Positions 42,332-50,390 of a stretch of 56,620 nt of DNA are shown here, in pieces. The position numbers were made by a program, and so were the translations under genes. Where the stretch lies: positions 1-56,620 of the forward strand of contig WJJI01000028.1 of NCBI GenBank assembly GCA_014729795.1. Reading direction: 5' to 3'. The notes under the pieces are model-generated. The model made no database searches and was not told the DNA's origin. It worked only from the letters and a program-made list of their open reading frames with translations. How positions within the stretch are numbered: position 1 is the stretch's first letter; every line of letters starts with the position of its first letter. The DNA is from Candidatus Moraniibacteriota bacterium. Lineage in GTDB: Bacteria > Patescibacteriota > Minisyncoccia > CAIUEV01 > JAHKAQ01.

Positions 42332-43363
42332 TTATTTTTCAATCGTCAAACCTTCTTTAATGCCTTCAAAAATAATCTCATATCTTCCATCATTCTGCAA
42401 ATTCACGATCACATATTGCTTCTCTTGATTCATAATTACATAAGGTTTGTCTTTTGAATCAAATTTAACGTAATCCTTGGGCACTAAATAGCTTGGTCGC
42501 GCTAAAGTTTTTAACTCAATTTCCACCAATTCTCCGGTTAATCCTGGTTTAAGTTCGCTATCTATGGCAATTTCCACATAAATCAGTCCAGCGTAAGCGT
42601 ATTTATTTTTATCAATTTCGTTAATTACCCCCTTGATACTTTCAGAGGAATTAACTAAGTCCACTTTAGCCTGTAATCCAAATGAAAGGTGATTGTTAAA
42701 ATCCTGAGGTAAAAATGATCTAATAACCATTCTTGAATTCCCGCTAGCTCTGACTTCTTTTTCTAAAACCTTAGCTTGCAATTCGCCAACCGCTTTTTCT
42801 AATAAAGTCATTCTGGGATTTTTGCTTGGGGTTGGCTGTTCTTGGTCTATTTGACTCTTTAAGCTAACCTGCTCCTTTTTTTTTGGCTTAGATAAATCAA
42901 TTAAAGAATTATCTTGTTTTGATTGCCGATAATCATTTTCATTACGCTCGTCCTTGAAATCTTGTAAATCAATCACAAAAGTCTCGTCATCATATTCAAA
43001 TCTCTGTTGTTTTTTATTTTTATAATAATATTGATAATCTTTGGGCTTTACGATATCTATCACTCCCGGAAAAACAATCTGCTTTTCATATAATTCTTGA
43101 TGTATAATATACGTGTTTTGATTTTGCTCTTTCTCAGGTTCGGGGCTAATTGGAGCGGGATTTAATTTTTTAACCGTTCTATTCTCTCGAATATAATTTG
43201 TGAAAATCAAAATCATTAAACTGACCAACAAAACTATCAAATAAACACTTAAGCCCTTGTTTTTTTGTAGGGTTTTTTTGGTTTTTCTTAAAATAAAATC
43301 TAACTTGCCTCTTAAATTGGCAACCCATTCCTGTTTAATTTTTTCTACTTGTTCTTTATTCAT
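42332..43363 (-). CDS. Membrane-anchored protein with membrane-fusion-protein-like C-terminal beta domains
   Basis: Single TM; LKPGLTG...LVP...GIKEG pattern resembling RND adaptor C-termini. Confidence 0.5.
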   Translation of the reverse strand: MNKEQVEKIKQEWVANLRGKLDFILRKTKKTLQKNKGLSVYLIVLLVSLMILIFTNYIRENRTVKKLNPAPISPEPEKEQNQNTYIIHQELYEKQIVFPGVIDIVKPKDYQYYYKNKKQQRFEYDDETFVIDLQDFKDERNENDYRQSKQDNSLIDLSKPKKKEQVSLKSQIDQEQPTPSKNPRMTLLEKAVGELQAKVLEKEVRASGNSRMVIRSFLPQDFNNHLSFGLQAKVDLVNSSESIKGVINEIDKNKYAYAGLIYVEIAIDSELKPGLTGELVEIELKTLARPSYLVPKDYVKFDSKDKPYVIMNQEKQYVIVNLQNDGRYEIIFEGIKEGLTIEK

Positions 43364-43497
43364 AAAACCGCTTGTTTAAATGATCCTATTAGCAAAAATC
43401 ATGATTAAAACAAAACAGTCTATTTTGAATATTTTCTTATATTTTGTCAAGGATTGGATGTTGCTAGGTTCCTATAGACCCGCTTAAAAAATTCGGC

Positions 43498-43653
43498 ATG
43501 CTAATTAAAATTTTTTACCTTATCCTGATTTTATCAGTCTGTTTTTCTGCGGCTTTAACCTGTTTAATCGCCATATTTACCCGTTTTTTTAATTTTTTTA
43601 ACCTCAAAATCAAGTTAAAGCAAGGTTGCTACTGTTCCCGACGTTGCAATTAA
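43498..43653 (+). CDS. Possible small membrane protein (51 aa, not in ORF track)
   Basis: MLIKIFYLILILSVCFSAALTCLIAIFTRFFNFFNLKIKLKQGCYCSRRCN fills part of a 426-bp gap. Confidence 0.3.
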   Translation: MLIKIFYLILILSVCFSAALTCLIAIFTRFFNFFNLKIKLKQGCYCSRRCN

Positions 43654-43789
43654 TATTTTTCCAATTAAAGCCATTTAATTTGCCGGAAGCTTGTTGCTGA
43701 TTTAGCCGCAATCCCTGCAATTAAAAGCTCTGACTATGCTGAAAATTCCCCATCTTCTTAGTTTTTGTCCTTTTCCTATACGTTTCTAT

Positions 43790-44368
43790 CTATTCCAGAT
43801 TCGCGTGTCTTTTTTTTAAATCAGCTTCGGTTTTCCCTAATTTGCTCATTAAAATCGCTATCAAAGTGTCTAAAGTTATTAAGGCTGCGGTTTCAAAGGT
43901 GGTTCCCATTGGCGCTATTTGTCTTCTCGTGCCTAACAATTGCATAGTCAAATAATCTCCGGATTTTTCTTTGGTTTTCGTTTTTAAATATATTACGTAA
44001 TCTGCTTGTTGATGTAATTTTCCGGATTGCTCGCCAGTTATGCCTAAAACCACCAAGCCTTGCTGTTTGGCAATTTTTAACATATTAACTACACTCACCG
44101 TGTTTCCTGAACCTGAAATAAACAAAATCGCATCTCCTTTAGCAACCGCCGGGGTCACGGTCTCTCCTATAAAAAACACTTCTATCCCGAGGTGCATTAA
44201 CCGCATAGCAAAAGCCTTGCCAACCAAACCGCTGCGACCCGCGCCATAAATAAAAACTCGATTGGCAATACTCAGTTGGTTACCTACTCGCTCAATTTGA
44301 TTGAAATTCGCTTTTTCCAATACTTGTTTTAAATTGTTTACGTAATCTTTTATTATAGCGTTAATCAT
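43790..44368 (-). CDS. hxlB: 6-phospho-3-hexuloisomerase (SIS)
   Basis: GAGRSGLVGKAFAMRLMHLG, GETVTP, SGSG.T, PMGTTFE, RHANLE. Confidence 0.96.
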   Translation of the reverse strand: MINAIIKDYVNNLKQVLEKANFNQIERVGNQLSIANRVFIYGAGRSGLVGKAFAMRLMHLGIEVFFIGETVTPAVAKGDAILFISGSGNTVSVVNMLKIAKQQGLVVLGITGEQSGKLHQQADYVIYLKTKTKEKSGDYLTMQLLGTRRQIAPMGTTFETAALITLDTLIAILMSKLGKTEADLKKRHANLE

Positions 44369-44377
44369 ATTTTGTAA

Positions 44378-45031
44378 TTATAGTTCATCCAAAGCTTTTT
44401 TAATTTTTTTAGCTTCCTCCTTGGAATTTTCGGCTCTAGTGATGCCTCCGCCAACAATCACAACATTTAGATTTCGTATTCCCGCCAATTCCCTAACGCT
44501 TTGCGCGTTAATACCACCGGCCACAGCCAATTGCAAATTAGTAATCTTGGCGATTTCTTCAATTTGGGCAAACGGAGACATGCCTTGCCGTTGTTGACTT
44601 ATTGTTGTGTGAACCTCCAATAAACCCGGCTGTAACGCTTCAATGTCTTTAATTCTTCGCTTTAAACCTTCAAAACCTACCAATTCCATAATTCCACAAA
44701 TATCAACCGCGATTGTAACATCATCATGTTTTTTAGCTTCTTCTACCGCTTCCTTTACGGTTTCCAAAGGCGATATCCCCAAAACATGGACAATATTTGC
44801 GCCGGCTTGCGCCGCAATTCGGGTTTCCAAATCTCCCACGTCAGCTGCCTTCATATCTGCATCAATGATTTTATGCGGAAACCTGTCTTTTAAAGCTCTG
44901 ACCGCTTCCAAACCCACTGCTTTTATCAAAGGTGTGCCTGCCTCCATTATATCAATATAATCAGCGGCCTTTTCCGCTACTTCAAGCGCCGGATTTAACT
45001 CGGTAAAATCCAAGGCTAATTGTAATTTCAT
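44378..45031 (-). CDS. hxlA: 3-hexulose-6-phosphate synthase
   Basis: KLQLALD, EAGTPLIK, ADMKAAD, AVAGGI, IVGGGIT; adjacent to hxlB. Confidence 0.9.
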   Translation of the reverse strand: MKLQLALDFTELNPALEVAEKAADYIDIMEAGTPLIKAVGLEAVRALKDRFPHKIIDADMKAADVGDLETRIAAQAGANIVHVLGISPLETVKEAVEEAKKHDDVTIAVDICGIMELVGFEGLKRRIKDIEALQPGLLEVHTTISQQRQGMSPFAQIEEIAKITNLQLAVAGGINAQSVRELAGIRNLNVVIVGGGITRAENSKEEAKKIKKALDEL

Positions 45032-45044
45032 TTTTTAATATTAA

Positions 45045-45163
45045 AAAATTAGCGATAACATTTTTTTAACAAGTTAAGAAACTTCTCAAAAAAACAAAGC
45101 GACGTGACCAAGTTTTCATTTTTTGAAAAATTTTTTATCAAAAATACCCAACGCTTAATTCTT
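45045..45163 (-). repeat. Inverted-repeat family, degenerate copy
   Basis: AATTAGCG ... internal CGTGACCAA (shared with the 10504 copy) ... AAAATACCCAACGCTTAATTC. Confidence 0.6.
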
Positions 45164-45167
45164 AAAA

Positions 45168-45638
45168 TTAAAAACAACCTGGGCAACTTGGCGGCATTAA
45201 TTCATCCATCATGATCGTTCTTTTAAGATAACGCTCCTTTTTAGTTGGTTTGGTAATCAACCAATCGGACAACATTTTTTTCTGTTCTTTTAAAGAAAAA
45301 TGATCCGCGGCCAAACAAATAACATTAGCTAAATTATGCTCACGAGTATGTTTGGCCACCTCCCGATTATAAACCAGGGCTGCTCGAATACCCGCGAAAC
45401 GATTTGCCGCCATGCTCATTCCAATCCCGGAAGAACAAATTAAAACCCCCAAAGCTTTATCTTGAACCAAAACCGCATTAACCGCTCTAGCCGCTATTTT
45501 GGGATAATCCACGCTTTTTTCCGAATCGGTGCCGTAATCCTTTACTTCATATTTATTCCGATTCAACCATTTGATCAATTCTTGTTTAAGTTTATAACCT
45601 CGATGGTCCGAGCCAATTATAATCAATTGTTTACTCAT
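45168..45638 (-). CDS. rpiB: Ribose-5-phosphate isomerase B
   Basis: GSDHRG, DYP, CSSGIGMS..AN, REHN.AN; ATG at 45638 preferred over TTG at 45650. Confidence 0.95.
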   Translation of the reverse strand: MSKQLIIIGSDHRGYKLKQELIKWLNRNKYEVKDYGTDSEKSVDYPKIAARAVNAVLVQDKALGVLICSSGIGMSMAANRFAGIRAALVYNREVAKHTREHNLANVICLAADHFSLKEQKKMLSDWLITKPTKKERYLKRTIMMDELMPPSCPGCF

Positions 45639-45670
45639 AAAATTATTCAAGTTATTTAAAAATCATATAA

Positions 45671-45684
45671 CCTACGCGCGTAGG
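45671..45684. repeat. Perfect 14-bp GC-rich palindrome
   Basis: CCTACGCGCGTAGG in the pyrE-rpiB spacer. Confidence 0.7.
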
Positions 45685-45694
45685 AAATAAATCA

Positions 45695-46345
45695 TTAGTT
45701 GTTAAGCGCATACCTCTTTGCCCATTCAAAACCAAGCTCTTTCCATTCACCCGCGATTTTCTTTTCCTGTTCGGTAATGTAATTTTTTTGATAAGCCTGG
45801 TCTAAAACCCGGTCAAAGCCCACTAAATAATGAGCTTCTAATTTGGCTTGCGAAAAATTTTCTTTACAGACTTTAAGTTCATGAGAATAAATTACCACCA
45901 CTGCTAAAACTTGGGCTTGGCATTCTTGCTTTAAAGCCTGAGCCGAACTTATTGAGCTGCCGCCAGTGCTAAGCATATCTTCAACCACAACCACCTTGGC
46001 TCCTTTTTTTATCTTACCTTCCACTTGTTTGCCGGCTCCATGTTGCTTTTTTTCTGGTCGTACATAAACCATGGGTAAATTCATATCTTGAGCTAAAAAA
46101 GCAGTCCATGGGATCGCGGCTGTAGCGGTGCCAGCCAAAACCAAATCCGGATCTTGACTTACAGCTTCAATTCTGGCTTTTAATTTATCTGTAATTATCT
46201 TTCTTGAGCTGGGCATGGAAATTAAAATCCGATTATCAACATAAATCGGTGAGATCATGCCTGATGTAAAGGTAAATGGTTGTTTGGGTTGAATCAAAAC
46301 CGCTTTTTCTTCTAGTAAAATTTCAGCAATCTCTTGATTGTTCAT
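45695..46345 (-). CDS. pyrE: Orotate phosphoribosyltransferase
   Basis: SG..SPIYVDNR, YVR...K.HG, VVEDMLSTGGS. Confidence 0.96.
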   Translation of the reverse strand: MNNQEIAEILLEEKAVLIQPKQPFTFTSGMISPIYVDNRILISMPSSRKIITDKLKARIEAVSQDPDLVLAGTATAAIPWTAFLAQDMNLPMVYVRPEKKQHGAGKQVEGKIKKGAKVVVVEDMLSTGGSSISSAQALKQECQAQVLAVVVIYSHELKVCKENFSQAKLEAHYLVGFDRVLDQAYQKNYITEQEKKIAGEWKELGFEWAKRYALNN

Positions 46346-46370
46346 GTTTGTAAATTATAATAATTAAGTT

Positions 46371-47186
46371 TCACGCCTTAACAATACGACCACGCTCATC
46401 TCTTTTATAGCTACCGAACTCGGGAGAGGTTAAAGCTTTTTCCGCGCTTAAAACAGGGCCATCCTTACAAACTCTAATCCCGGAACCATCCAAAACACAT
46501 TGACCGCAAATACCAATCGCGCATTTCATCATTCGTTCTAATGATACTTGACAGGCAATGTTATTTTTTACCGCGATTTTCGCGCATTTATAAAGCATTA
46601 TTTCCGGCCCGCATGCTAAAATCTGATCAATTTTTTGGCCTTTTTTTATTAATTTTTCTAAAATCTCTGTAGTGAAGCCTTTTTCTCCGAAAGAACCGTC
46701 GTCGGTTGTAAAATAACAATTCTTAATCAGTTTAGCAATTTTTTCTCTTTTTAAAAAAACCGCTTGATTGCGACAACCTCCAATAAAAGTAATATTTTTA
46801 TTTTTTGCTTGGGCGCGTTCAACTAATAAATTTATCGGCGCGATCCCACAACCGCCGCCCATAATCACAATATTATTTTTTTCTGAAATCTGAAAACCTC
46901 GACCATAAGGTCCCTGAATGCCAACCTGATCACCGACTTTTAAGTTAAACATGGCTTGTGTAAAATCACCAATTTTCATTGCGGTTATTTCAAAATATTC
47001 ACCATCAGAAGAGGAAACACTAAAAGGCTTCATGTCTAAACCCGGAATCCAAAACATAATAAACTGCCCGGCTTCTAATTCCATTTTACCTTGAAACCTA
47101 AAGGTCTTGAACCCTTGAGCTTCTTGAATAATTTGCTTAACTTTATAAATCTTTGGTTGTTCTGGTTTTTTAATTGCTTTAGACAT
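46371..47186 (-). CDS. pyrK: Dihydroorotate dehydrogenase electron transfer subunit
   Basis: GPYGRGF, GGCGIAP, TDDGS.G, CGP, MKCAIGICGQC...VCKDGP. Confidence 0.96.
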   Translation of the reverse strand: MSKAIKKPEQPKIYKVKQIIQEAQGFKTFRFQGKMELEAGQFIMFWIPGLDMKPFSVSSSDGEYFEITAMKIGDFTQAMFNLKVGDQVGIQGPYGRGFQISEKNNIVIMGGGCGIAPINLLVERAQAKNKNITFIGGCRNQAVFLKREKIAKLIKNCYFTTDDGSFGEKGFTTEILEKLIKKGQKIDQILACGPEIMLYKCAKIAVKNNIACQVSLERMMKCAIGICGQCVLDGSGIRVCKDGPVLSAEKALTSPEFGSYKRDERGRIVKA

Positions 47187-47195
47187 GATTTTAAT

Positions 47196-48128
47196 TTATC
47201 TATGAGCCGCTCCCACCAATTCAGCGATCGATTTCACTTGATTTTTTTGCATCCATTTTCTAATTTCTTGGTTAATTTTGGCAAAAATATCTATACCTTG
47301 ATAATAAACCCCGGAACCAACTCCCACTAACTCAGCCCCGGCCATAATCATTTCCAATGCATCTCGCCCCGTGGTTACGCCTCCAATGCCCACCAAAGGA
47401 ATCTTAACCGCTTGATAAACATCATAAATCATTCTTACCGCTAAAGGACGAATCGCCGGTCCGCTTATTCCACCCGATCCAACAGACAATACCGGCCTTT
47501 TTGCTTCAATATTAATCACCATCCCCGGTCCCAAAGTATTAATCGCGGAAATTGCGTCCGCCCCGGCATCTTCAACTTCTTTGGCAATCGCCACAATATC
47601 GGTAACATTAGGCGACAATTTTACAATAATCGGTTTTTTGGTGTTTTTTTTAACCAACTTCACAACCTGCCTGGGCATACCTGTTAAACAAGCAAAAGGT
47701 TTCGGGGTTTCTTCTTTTACGTTTGGGCAAGAAATATTAACTTCCACCAAATCAGCTTGAGTTTGGTCAAGCTTTTTAGCAATCTGTTCAAACTCCTCTA
47801 AGCTAAAACCAAAAATACTAATAATAACCGGATTTTCCGGTCTTCTCTGTTTTAATTCTTTAATTTCATTTTTTTCATTTAGAAAACCCGCGTTGGTTAA
47901 ACCATAACAGTTTAACATGCCCGCTTCATAAGTAATGACTTTGGGGCAAGGATTGCCGTCCCTGCCTGAAATATTTGTTGATTTTGTAGTAACTCCACCG
48001 GCTCCACTTGTAATTACCTTTTCCATGGAGGTAGCGGTCATGCCTAAAATTCCCGAACTCAAAACAATTGGATTGGGAAATTCAACTCCCAAGAAATTTA
48101 CCCTTGAATCAATTTTTTGCTTACTCAT
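47196..48128 (-). CDS. pyrD: Dihydroorotate dehydrogenase family 1B catalytic subunit
   Basis: NISCPN, VKLSPN, AINT, GGISG, GIGG. Confidence 0.96.
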   Translation of the reverse strand: MSKQKIDSRVNFLGVEFPNPIVLSSGILGMTATSMEKVITSGAGGVTTKSTNISGRDGNPCPKVITYEAGMLNCYGLTNAGFLNEKNEIKELKQRRPENPVIISIFGFSLEEFEQIAKKLDQTQADLVEVNISCPNVKEETPKPFACLTGMPRQVVKLVKKNTKKPIIVKLSPNVTDIVAIAKEVEDAGADAISAINTLGPGMVINIEAKRPVLSVGSGGISGPAIRPLAVRMIYDVYQAVKIPLVGIGGVTTGRDALEMIMAGAELVGVGSGVYYQGIDIFAKINQEIRKWMQKNQVKSIAELVGAAHR

Positions 48129-48175
48129 GTATTAATGATACTAATTTTCCCGAACTTGACCTGTTGTCTGCTATG

Positions 48176-49384
48176 TTAATCGATCATGTTCTGGTTATAA
48201 TCACTATAAACCAATCTTCCCCCGGCCACAGTTATCTTTGGCCAGCCGATCAGTGACCAATCTTCAAAGGGACTCCATTTTGCCTTGCTTTTGATGCCTC
48301 TTTGCTTCAACGTGTGTTTACTGGATAAATCAACAATTACAAAATCTCTTAATTTGGTTTTAATCTGATTTGGATTATAGCAATAATTATAATTCTCACC
48401 AATCTTAAAAATTTGAGCCGGATTCTTAACCATTAAGTAAAAAATTTGCTGTAAAGTTATGTTTTTTTCTAAATATGCCTGCATCATCAAAGCCATGCTT
48501 GTTTCTATGCCGGGCACTCCAAAAGGCGGCTCTTTGCTTTTCTTTTCCTTGATTAAATGAGGAGCATGATCAGTACCGATCGTATCAACTACTCCCTGCT
48601 TGATTCCCTGCCAAAGCGCTGCTTGATCATCTTTGCCCCCCAAAGACGGTTTCATCATTTTAAAAGCATCGTCATCGGCCTGTTTGGTTAAAAACAAATG
48701 GTGTAAGGTAACTTCAATAAAAAACCGATTCGGGTATTTAAGCTTATATGGCCTGATCTTCTCAAGTTCCTCCCTGCCTCTTACGTGACATAAATACAAC
48801 TTGGTTCCATATTTTTTAGCTAATTTAATCACTAAATCAATCTTTTCCTGCTCGGCGTGCACGCTTATAAGATCTATGTTGCGAAAATATTTCTCTAATA
48901 GCTTCTGATTTTCAATTAATAAATCGCCGGTCGTGTGGTTTAAATACAACTTCACCGAATGAACTTTGTTGTTCTTTGCTGCTTCTAAAATCGCTTCTAA
49001 ATTGTCTTGGCTGCTGGCGCCAAAATGAAAGCCGCATTCCAAACAGCTCAAATTTGCGGCTTTAACGCGCTTGCTCAAAGTCTTTAAATCAACTACCGGC
49101 GGTTGACTGTTGGGCATATCTATAAAATAAACATAGCCGCCAGCTGCCGCCGCCTGTGAAACAGATAAAAAGTCTTCTTTATGGCTTTGTTCAAAATCTC
49201 GAACATGAACGTGCGGATCAATTAAGCCTGGAAAAAGCAACCAATCTCGATCAGCTTTAAGTAATAACTGTTTGTTTTTTTTAATATTCTTTATCGGTAT
49301 AACTAAATCACTAACCGTTTCAATTTTGCCTTGATTAAATATTTTAATTTTTTCAGCTTTTAGCTCCATATCTTTTAAACCCAT
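48176..49384 (-). CDS. pyrC: Dihydroorotase
   Basis: PGLIDPHVH, DMPN, HAE, CHV, TDHAPH. Confidence 0.92.
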   Translation of the reverse strand: MGLKDMELKAEKIKIFNQGKIETVSDLVIPIKNIKKNKQLLLKADRDWLLFPGLIDPHVHVRDFEQSHKEDFLSVSQAAAAGGYVYFIDMPNSQPPVVDLKTLSKRVKAANLSCLECGFHFGASSQDNLEAILEAAKNNKVHSVKLYLNHTTGDLLIENQKLLEKYFRNIDLISVHAEQEKIDLVIKLAKKYGTKLYLCHVRGREELEKIRPYKLKYPNRFFIEVTLHHLFLTKQADDDAFKMMKPSLGGKDDQAALWQGIKQGVVDTIGTDHAPHLIKEKKSKEPPFGVPGIETSMALMMQAYLEKNITLQQIFYLMVKNPAQIFKIGENYNYCYNPNQIKTKLRDFVIVDLSSKHTLKQRGIKSKAKWSPFEDWSLIGWPKITVAGGRLVYSDYNQNMID

Positions 49385-49440
49385 AATTGTTAACCATTTA
49401 GGAAAGAGTCTGTTTTTTCCAACCTTTGAGCTTTCCGCGC

Positions 49441-50358
49441 TTAATCAGATTTCTCTAAAATATCCACTAATAAAGCCATTCTAATATACATTCCATTCCG
49501 AGCCTGCTCAAAGTAATGCGCGTGTTTGGTTTTGTCGATTTCCGGATCAAGCTCTTGTCGGCGCGGCAAAGGATGTAAGATCTTTAAAGCCGGGTTGCAA
49601 TTTTCCAACATTTTTTTGTTTATCGTTAAAATATTTAATTTTTTTGTCCCGACTTGTTCGCTTTTAAATCTTTCAGTCTGCGTTCTAGTCGCGTAAATAA
49701 TATCGGCTTTTTTTAAGACCTGCTTGATGTTTGGTTTTAACTCTAGTTTTAAATTTTTGCGCTTCAGTTCCTGTCTTAACTTTGAAACAAAACCTAATCC
49801 GGGGTGGTGTACGCAATAAATTGTAACATTTTCATAATTAGCCAACCCCAAAGCCAAAGATCGTGCCGTCCGCCCATACTTCAAATCTCCCCAAAGCGCG
49901 ATCTTTAATCCATCCAAAGCGCCTCTGATTTCTTTTATGGTCATCAAATCTAGCAATGTTTGAGTAGGATGTTCGTTGGCTCCATCGCCGGCATTAATTA
50001 ATGGCCGGTTAACAACTTGAGCTGCCAACTCTACTGATCCCATTTCCGGATGACGCATCACAATTAAGTCAGCATAACCGCCCACTATTCTAATAGTGTC
50101 TTCTAGGCTTTCTCCTTTTCCGCCATAAGAGGTATTGGTCTTATCGGCAAAACCGATCACTTTAGCGCCTAATCGCAAGCTAGCGACCTCAAAGCTTAAT
50201 CTAGTGCGAGTTGAAGCCTCGAAAAATAAGCTAGCTATAATTTTTTTATCTAATTTTTCCGCAAATTGAGCCGGCTCTTTTTTAATCAGGTTTGCCAACT
50301 CGATCAGTTGTTCAATTTTTTGCCGATCTAAATTTCTAATACTAATTAAATGTTGCAT
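49441..50358 (-). CDS. pyrB: Aspartate carbamoyltransferase catalytic subunit
   Basis: FFEASTRT, KGESLEDT, NAGDG..EHPTQ, HPLPR. Confidence 0.98.
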   Translation of the reverse strand: MQHLISIRNLDRQKIEQLIELANLIKKEPAQFAEKLDKKIIASLFFEASTRTRLSFEVASLRLGAKVIGFADKTNTSYGGKGESLEDTIRIVGGYADLIVMRHPEMGSVELAAQVVNRPLINAGDGANEHPTQTLLDLMTIKEIRGALDGLKIALWGDLKYGRTARSLALGLANYENVTIYCVHHPGLGFVSKLRQELKRKNLKLELKPNIKQVLKKADIIYATRTQTERFKSEQVGTKKLNILTINKKMLENCNPALKILHPLPRRQELDPEIDKTKHAHYFEQARNGMYIRMALLVDILEKSD

Positions 50359-50390
50359 AAAAAAATATTTTATAACGAGTTAGTTCTTGA

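Noticed and set aside
44378-45031. Calling this gene pyrF
   Set aside because: Glu-containing EAGTP motif and the adjacent hxlB identify it as Hps.
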